From Turneriella sp. (GTDB taxonomy: Bacteria; Spirochaetota; Leptospiria; Turneriellales; Turneriellaceae), in contig CBDIID010000003.1 in NCBI GenBank assembly GCA_965279515.1, forward strand, positions 4,064,001 to 4,128,000: a stretch of 64,000 bases of DNA. The letters run 5' to 3'. Positions within the stretch are counted from its first letter, which is position 1, and the number at the start of each line of letters is the position of its first letter. Positions 58,235 through 64,000 of this stretch are shown one piece after another. Made by a program: the position numbers and the translations under genes. The notes beneath the pieces were generated by a model, which searched no databases, had not been told where the DNA came from, and saw only the letters and a program-made list of their open reading frames with translations.

Positions 58235-58636
58235 ATGGTAATTGCAAATCATCAAAAGAATCGGGTTGAAAACGTGGTAGCGGAATATTGGATTCAAGAC
58301 GGTATTTTGCACGGGCGGTTCAAAAGTGGAGCCCTGATTGATCTTGAGGCGGCCAAGGACTGTTTGAAGATTCGCAACCAGATTCTCGGCGATCAGACAC
58401 TTCCTCTTCTTTTAGACGTCCGCGGCTTAAAAGAACTCACGAAATCGGCACGTGATTTTTTGGGTTCCCCGCAGTGCATGAAAGGGACGTCCGCCGGGGT
58501 ATTGTTGACGAATAACTCAATTTTCGTGCGCACCGTTGCCAATATTTTTTTTCGCCTCGCGACACCGGCGATTCCCCACCGCATGTATTCGGATTTGGCA
58601 ACAGCAGAGAAATGGCTGTCCTCGTACAAAGCCTGA
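58235..58636 (+). CDS. STAS/SEC14 (SpoIIAA-like) protein
   Basis: GAGGT RBS; IDLEAAK...LLDVRGL...ARDFL...P..MY...AEKWL pattern. Confidence 0.7.
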   Translation: MVIANHQKNRVENVVAEYWIQDGILHGRFKSGALIDLEAAKDCLKIRNQILGDQTLPLLLDVRGLKELTKSARDFLGSPQCMKGTSAGVLLTNNSIFVRTVANIFFRLATPAIPHRMYSDLATAEKWLSSYKA

Positions 58637-58754
58637 TTGCTTGCCGATGGAATATCATATCTGGCAAATAGCCGAACACCGCCCGTGGGTTCTGCTCTGA
58701 TTTTTTTACTGTCTAGACCGCCGGTTGAGGACGGAATATTAATGCAGGAGAAGA

Positions 58755-59675
58755 ATGATATCCGAGGGATTCGAAAATACGGATAAGGAAGTCCCGGATT
58801 CTGCATCTGAGGAAAAAATCCAAAAACTCATTGATTGTATTCTAAAAGCCGCTGCCGGTGACCGCTCCGCATTTTTTGATTTCTCACCCGATGGTGATTC
58901 TGTCGATGCAATTGGCCTTGCTTACAACAGTCTTCTGGAGGAAGTTCGCAGTTCTCACGACCAGCGTGAGAAAGACCTTTTGGCGTGGCGGCGTGCCTTG
59001 CACGATATTCGCGGTCCGATCAGTTCGATCCCATTGCTCATTGAGACATTGACTCAGGCTCGCCATAGGGGTGAAACCAGCGAAGATGCATCGGCGCAGA
59101 TTTTGTCAGCAATCGCCGCCTCCTGCAAAATCATGCTCTCAAAAATCAGCCATGCCCTCACCGGTGAATACGCCGCTGCAATAAGTACAGAGAAAATTTA
59201 TATCCGGGACCTGGTTGAAGAAGCGGTAACGGTCTCTATGATTAACCAATTGCTGGCAAATTATACGATAAGTCTCAGCGTCCCTGATGATTTTATGCTC
59301 TTCAGTGATCGTCACCTCTTACTGTCCGTGGTGAAAAATCTCATAGAAAATTCGTGTAAATACCGTCGTCCTGAGGTTCCCGGATTGCTGAATATTTCAG
59401 CTTTCAATAAAGCGGGAAAAAGCGTGATACGGTTTGCCGATAATGGCACGGGTATTCAGAGGGAACATATTTCGCGTATCTTTCAGGCGTATACTCAACT
59501 AAACGAAAAAGCCGAGGGCTTGGGCTATGGGCTATATTCAGTGAAACGTGATGTTGAAGCTCTGGGCGGGGACATCTCTGTCTCCAGTATATTCGGACAT
59601 GGGGTTACGATTGAAGTCAGTCTGGATCAGGTAACTGACAGTAACGCATTCCGGCGTAAAAAAGATATTACATAA
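58755..59675 (+). CDS. Soluble HAMP-like sensor histidine kinase
   Basis: HDIRGP, NLIENSCKY, DNGTGI, GLGYGL; no TM segment. Confidence 0.85.
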   Translation: MISEGFENTDKEVPDSASEEKIQKLIDCILKAAAGDRSAFFDFSPDGDSVDAIGLAYNSLLEEVRSSHDQREKDLLAWRRALHDIRGPISSIPLLIETLTQARHRGETSEDASAQILSAIAASCKIMLSKISHALTGEYAAAISTEKIYIRDLVEEAVTVSMINQLLANYTISLSVPDDFMLFSDRHLLLSVVKNLIENSCKYRRPEVPGLLNISAFNKAGKSVIRFADNGTGIQREHISRIFQAYTQLNEKAEGLGYGLYSVKRDVEALGGDISVSSIFGHGVTIEVSLDQVTDSNAFRRKKDIT

Positions 59676-62115
59676 TGGACATTTTGCTCATTGCAAAATT
59701 ATCTTCATTATCCGCAAACATCACTGTCGGTAGCGGTAAGGCTCCTAATCTCTGTTTTTCCACAGATGCGGTGAAAGCAAGCTGCACTGTTCCACAATGC
59801 AGCTCTTTCGCACGAATGATATTGCGGTACATGATCTGACGGTAGGGTTCGTGTTTTTCCATCAGGGAATAATCTGTTCCAACCAGCATGGGGCAGTAGG
59901 TCTTTCCATTCACGAAATTAAAGCAGAAAGCCGCAACGTTGTCGTACGCGGTCTTTCCGTGTTCCTGCCGCAAGCGGATGATAAGTATTTCCCAGCTCGG
60001 AGATTTACCAATAGCCGCGAAAAGTGAGAAGGGCAGATCAAACGTATTCAGTTCGGTTTTATTTTTTTTCAGGCCACAATAAAGTCGGTAAAGTGTTTGC
60101 AGCCCTTCAGTCGTGGGGTTTTTCCACAGTTCAAGGTTGAAATCCGAGAAATGGTCGAATACATGGCGACGAATGTGGCGGCGGGAATTCTTCGAAAGAC
60201 CATAATAATACTCCTCCGCTGTTTTCCAGGCAGAGATATCGAGAATATGATTGTCAGGCATATCGTATGGAAAAAAGCCTTCTTTGATGAACAAGTCTTT
60301 GAGCTCGGCATCATTTTTTGCGAAGTCGCGCAGCACTATTGCTTTGGCGCCCATTTCCTGCCGATCTTTGCCGGCGCGTTCGAGTAGGGCTACCATAGCT
60401 CCCTGCCATTGTTTATGCGCGCGGTTTAAATACAGGTGATCGCCTTCGGTCAGCGGTGTGCCCATACCGTAGTAAACCGCACAGAGGTAATAGGGATCCG
60501 ATTTGCGTTGTTCTTCGACAGCGGAAGAAATGCGGGCCGAGGCGAGCATATCTTCTTTTGTCCAAGCCAGCGTAAAAAAAGTCACCAGAATTATATTACC
60601 TTCGCGGTCAAGCACCTGATAATAGCGGATTTTCCAGTTATTTTCTTTTTCCGGATTATTCTGAAAAGTTTCCTCTAGCAGTCTTAAGCCTTGCCAGTTA
60701 AACGCCCCTTTGCCTTCAAAATAGTTATCCCATTCCGCCGCCGGTATCTGCTTGATCGAATCAAAACACTTTACGGTGAAAATTTCACTTCCGGTTTTTT
60801 GCGCACGACCGCCGTTGAATGCCGGAGTTTCCTGGGCACCGTCGATTTTGAAAGCTTTGTAGACGTCTTCAATCGTTCGGCCTTCTTCGGCAAGGGCGAG
60901 CGGAAGGTGGTATTCGACAGCATCCATCAGGTTCTTTATATCTGCCTTGCTCGTATGTAGCGTAAACGTTAGCCTTAACCCTGTGTTCTTCACGGGGACG
61001 GCGGGGAAAATCGCAAGATTGGTGTAGAAGCCGTCGAGCATGAGCCGGCGTGAAATATTATATCCGACCCGGGGGTGTCCCAGGCAAATAAAGAATATCG
61101 GCGATCGGCTGAGTTCGACATACGGCAGTTTCTTATCGATGATCAGCTGATTCCCGTAATCAATGCGGGCCATGAGTTCTTGCTGCATTGGTGGTAATTC
61201 ATCAGAAAGCATGATATCGGCGGAAGCTAAGGAGGCCCCGAGCACCGGGGGGACCAATGGGCCTGAAAAAATCATCGTATAGCCAATGGTGCGGACTTTT
61301 TCCGCCGTTTTCTTATCAGGGAAGACCAGCACCCCCCCCGTGGTGCCGAATGCCTTGGCTAGCGAGGTCGCAAGTACCATCTTGGGGTGTAGCTCGATCT
61401 GGCTGAGTGTATATCCCCTTCCGTATTTCCCTGCCCAGCCCATACCATGGGCGTCATCGACATAGAGGTGGAACTGGTCGTATTGGTCGAGCATTTGGCT
61501 TAGTTGCGCGACGGGCGCCAGTTGACCGTACATCGAATAGACGCCATCGATCATATACCAGATGCGCCGGTGTTTTTGCCGCAGAATTTTGATCTGCTCC
61601 TCCAGTTTGTCCAGCCGGTTATGCCGCAGAATGTCGACTTTGACGCCCCGGCTTTTTTCCGTGGTTACCGCCCTCTGCACGCTGGCATGCACAAACTGAT
61701 CCAGAATTACGGCATCATCGTCGGTCAAAAGAGTTGGTAAGGAAGAAAAGTGTCCCAATGTCGTCGTTGGGGCGATAACGATATGCCCGCCAAAGAGTTT
61801 TTCAAATTTTTCTTCGAGGGCGTCATAAAGTCCCGAGGAAAGGTAGGCTCGCGACGAAGAAACCTGGGTCCCATGCTTGAGCACAGCGGCGATGGCCCCG
61901 TCTTGCAATCTTTTATCAGTTTCTAACCCCAAATAGCTGCAATTTCCGAAGTTAATAAGGGGGGTGTCATAGGTTTTCAGCTTTAGTAGCCGGCCGTCGA
62001 TTTTATCGAGTTTTTCAATATAATCGGTATCTGAAGAAAGCTGCCACACGCCATTTTGCATTGCTCCCTTAAAAACTTCGTCCACAGTATCAAGAAAGCT
62101 ATTGTGTTTGCTCAT
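59668..62115 (-). CDS. Alpha-oxoamine synthase (BioF/SPT/CqsA-like PLP enzyme) fused to a GNAT/FemAB-like domain
   Basis: CSYLGL, HAS, DGVYSMYG, DDAHG, SLAKAFG (PLP Lys); C-terminal acyltransferase-like half. Confidence 0.85.
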   Translation of the reverse strand: MSKHNSFLDTVDEVFKGAMQNGVWQLSSDTDYIEKLDKIDGRLLKLKTYDTPLINFGNCSYLGLETDKRLQDGAIAAVLKHGTQVSSSRAYLSSGLYDALEEKFEKLFGGHIVIAPTTTLGHFSSLPTLLTDDDAVILDQFVHASVQRAVTTEKSRGVKVDILRHNRLDKLEEQIKILRQKHRRIWYMIDGVYSMYGQLAPVAQLSQMLDQYDQFHLYVDDAHGMGWAGKYGRGYTLSQIELHPKMVLATSLAKAFGTTGGVLVFPDKKTAEKVRTIGYTMIFSGPLVPPVLGASLASADIMLSDELPPMQQELMARIDYGNQLIIDKKLPYVELSRSPIFFICLGHPRVGYNISRRLMLDGFYTNLAIFPAVPVKNTGLRLTFTLHTSKADIKNLMDAVEYHLPLALAEEGRTIEDVYKAFKIDGAQETPAFNGGRAQKTGSEIFTVKCFDSIKQIPAAEWDNYFEGKGAFNWQGLRLLEETFQNNPEKENNWKIRYYQVLDREGNIILVTFFTLAWTKEDMLASARISSAVEEQRKSDPYYLCAVYYGMGTPLTEGDHLYLNRAHKQWQGAMVALLERAGKDRQEMGAKAIVLRDFAKNDAELKDLFIKEGFFPYDMPDNHILDISAWKTAEEYYYGLSKNSRRHIRRHVFDHFSDFNLELWKNPTTEGLQTLYRLYCGLKKNKTELNTFDLPFSLFAAIGKSPSWEILIIRLRQEHGKTAYDNVAAFCFNFVNGKTYCPMLVGTDYSLMEKHEPYRQIMYRNIIRAKELHCGTVQLAFTASVEKQRLGALPLPTVMFADNEDNFAMSKMSIM

Positions 62116-62217
62116 CTATCCCCCCGCAATCTGCTTTTGCGAATATGTTCTGTCGAGGCGGAAATCTACAAAAATTTGACAACCTCAGCCAAAAATTGCG
62201 CCACGTATTCCGTGGCG

Positions 62218-62580
62218 GTGAAAATTCTCGTGGTTGAAGATGATCCAGCCACCCAGTTTTTACTGAAGATTTGGCTTGAACCATTGGGGGAGATTTTTAT
62301 CTGTAATCACGGCGGAGAGGCATGGGAAATCCTTACCGGCGGGGCCATGTTCGACTTAATCGTGACGGATCACGAAATGCCTTGGCTAACCGGAAGAGCC
62401 CTGGTCGAGAAGATCCGCTCCGAGAAAAAATTTGATGGGATTCCAATTATTATGGTAACCGCGTCCATCGATCCTTTGGAAGTAGATGACCTGAAGATCC
62501 ACGGCTTTTTTGAGAAACCGATCAAACCAGAGGCCTTAATTGCCGCCGCACAAGGTGCTATGCGGAGCTCAGGACTCTAA
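62218..62580 (+). CDS. Single-domain response regulator
   Basis: LVVEDD, VTDHEMP, MVTA, FEKP. Confidence 0.85.
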   Translation: MKILVVEDDPATQFLLKIWLEPLGEIFICNHGGEAWEILTGGAMFDLIVTDHEMPWLTGRALVEKIRSEKKFDGIPIIMVTASIDPLEVDDLKIHGFFEKPIKPEALIAAAQGAMRSSGL

Positions 62581-63729
62581 TTCCGGAATATACTGCGGCT
62601 CGTCTTTATTGGGGGACGCCGCACGGTAGGCCTTAAGTGCCCGAACGGTTGCCCGCCGCTCACGGCTGAGAAAAGCGCCGATAGCCTCTGCACCCTGGGG
62701 ATGAAAAAGCTTATGGCTGCTATAGACGGGCATTGCGGTGAAGCCCCGCTGGAATTTATGTTCGCCCTGCGCCCCAGCCTCAAAAAGCGAAATCTTCTCT
62801 GCAATGGCAAAATCGATCAGCCGGTAAAAACAAAGTTCAAAGTGCAGATAAGGGTAATGCGCCGCGGCGCCCCAGTAGCGCCCGAACAGGCGGTCATCCT
62901 TGCGGAAGGCGATCGAACCCGCAACCCAGGCTTTACCTTCGCGTGCCAGCACCAGAACAAGCTGATCTGCCATACACTGGCGCAGCAATAAAAAACATTC
63001 GAGGTTGAGATAGGGGGATCCCCACTTGCGGGAGTAGGTCTGGATATAAAATGTATACATGGCACGCATATGCTCTTCAGAAATTGCCTCGCCGGTAAGC
63101 GTCACAATTTCCAGTCCGAGTTCGCTGCATTTACGGCGTTCGCGTTTGATCTCTTTGCGGCGGTGAGAGCGCAGTTGCGCCAGGTAGTCCTCAAAATCCT
63201 GGAATCCCCGGTTCAACCAATGGTACTGGTGCGTGAGACGGGGCATGTAGCCGAATTCAGAAAGCAGTTTTTGTTCTGCGCGGGTCAGGCAGAGAAAATG
63301 AATTCCTGAGGCGCCTGTGGCCTCGGCCTCGTCGAGTTTTTCAATGAGTCCTCGTGCAAGACCGGCAGCGTCACTGCCCACGAGAATGCGCCGGCCCGAG
63401 GCTGGAGTAAAGGGCGCCGCTACGGTAATTTTCGGGTAATATCTCAGCCCGCCCTGTTCATAGGCATTGGCCCATGCCCAGTCGAAAATATATTCGCCGT
63501 AAGAGTCGCCGCGCAGGTAGGCGGGAATCACTCCCACCAGTTGATCATCTGCGAATGCCGCGCTAAAGGCCGTCAACCAGCCGCTTTTTTTACCGGTGCA
63601 GCCGGTTTCCTCGAGCGCTGAGAGAAATTCATGGCGCATAAAAGGATTACCCGCTTCGACGAGCGTATTCCACGCATCGGGATGAATTTCCTTTATGGAA
63701 GTCAGGCGCCTGAATGTGTATTTAGCCAA
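62569..63729 (-). CDS. GNAT/FemAB-like conserved protein
   Basis: SYGEYIFDWAWA, PFTPA, GRYWG, LHFELCFY, GAQGEHK. Confidence 0.88.
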   Translation of the reverse strand: MAKYTFRRLTSIKEIHPDAWNTLVEAGNPFMRHEFLSALEETGCTGKKSGWLTAFSAAFADDQLVGVIPAYLRGDSYGEYIFDWAWANAYEQGGLRYYPKITVAAPFTPASGRRILVGSDAAGLARGLIEKLDEAEATGASGIHFLCLTRAEQKLLSEFGYMPRLTHQYHWLNRGFQDFEDYLAQLRSHRRKEIKRERRKCSELGLEIVTLTGEAISEEHMRAMYTFYIQTYSRKWGSPYLNLECFLLLRQCMADQLVLVLAREGKAWVAGSIAFRKDDRLFGRYWGAAAHYPYLHFELCFYRLIDFAIAEKISLFEAGAQGEHKFQRGFTAMPVYSSHKLFHPQGAEAIGAFLSRERRATVRALKAYRAASPNKDEPQYIPELES

Positions 63730-64000
63730 ATCGAACCGAAGTCATGGTGATCGCGCCGCCGACGGGCTCTGCGTTAAAATATTCTGCTTTTTCTGCCGGA
63801 TGGCTGAGGCCCAGAATGTAGAGCAGCGGCACATAGTGCTCCGCGCTGTTGATGGCGGTCTCTGCGCTTTTGCCGAGCGACTTCCAGTCGATGAGCCGCT
63901 GCCAGTCTTTTGCGTTGATGAGTTTGACGACGAGGCTGTCGGCCTCGCGTGCCCAGTCATGCGCGTAACCGGTCTCGTTCAGCCGCGCCCAGTCGACGAG
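63722..64000 (-). CDS. ygiD: Extradiol dioxygenase (4,5-DOPA dioxygenase YgiD-like), 3' part only
   Basis: Read manually: ...HDWARE...AEHYVPLLYILGL...GAITMTSVRFG*; truncated by the window edge. Confidence 0.75.
   Translation of the reverse strand, partial: LVDWARLNETGYAHDWAREADSLVVKLINAKDWQRLIDWKSLGKSAETAINSAEHYVPLLYILGLSHPAEKAEYFNAEPVGGAITMTSVRFG

Noticed and set aside
59668..62115. bioF
   Set aside because: Twice the BioF length, fused to a GNAT-like domain, and no bio genes nearby
63742..63960. 72-aa ORF-track call
   Set aside because: Wrong frame; the region encodes the YgiD-like C-terminus ending at 63722
1..64000. CRISPR array, integrase/transposase, prophage or rRNA
   Set aside because: No regularly spaced repeats, recombinase motifs or phage/rRNA signatures seen

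Overview
Bacterial chromosomal window, most likely a Leptospiraceae (Turneriella-like) spirochaete; this is inferred from gene families and lipoprotein signal peptides, not from a search. There are three blocks. (1) ~2.5-23.2 kb is an accessory low-oxygen/stress island: SDR-pfkB-small His/Cys protein, HDOD plus HATPase-PAS-adenylate cyclase, M50-CBS protease, host-attachment/eRF1-like protein, P-type ATPase, a FixL-like heme-PAS phosphorelay, two NarL/NreC-type regulators and ppsA-sqr-tusE-dsrE2. It ends at tRNA-Arg(ACG), which is followed by a hairpin-expanded pseudo-tRNA. (2) ~23.6-41.6 kb is mostly housekeeping (polA, tRNA-Leu, mutY, guaD, mlaF-like ABC, TonB, sufS, HtrA), plus a MITE-like element, a cytochrome-c/FG-GAP lipoprotein with an apparent ATA start, and an unusual ParB/Srx-MscS fusion. 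(3) ~41.7-62.6 kb is a signalling island: HD-GYP, two complementary-degenerate REC-cyclases, Hpt, a 7TM-DISM kinase, a CheR-less che cluster, an amber-interrupted BLUF gene, and an alpha-oxoamine-synthase/GNAT fusion with a STAS-like protein, kinase and receiver. The main novel signal is a recurring 16-bp 6-4-6 box (CACGTA-N4-TACCCG-like) lying exactly 22 bp upstream of a TTG-starting -35 hexamer at nine sites across both islands. It suggests one undescribed O2-responsive regulon whose gene content parallels the mycobacterial DosR regulon.
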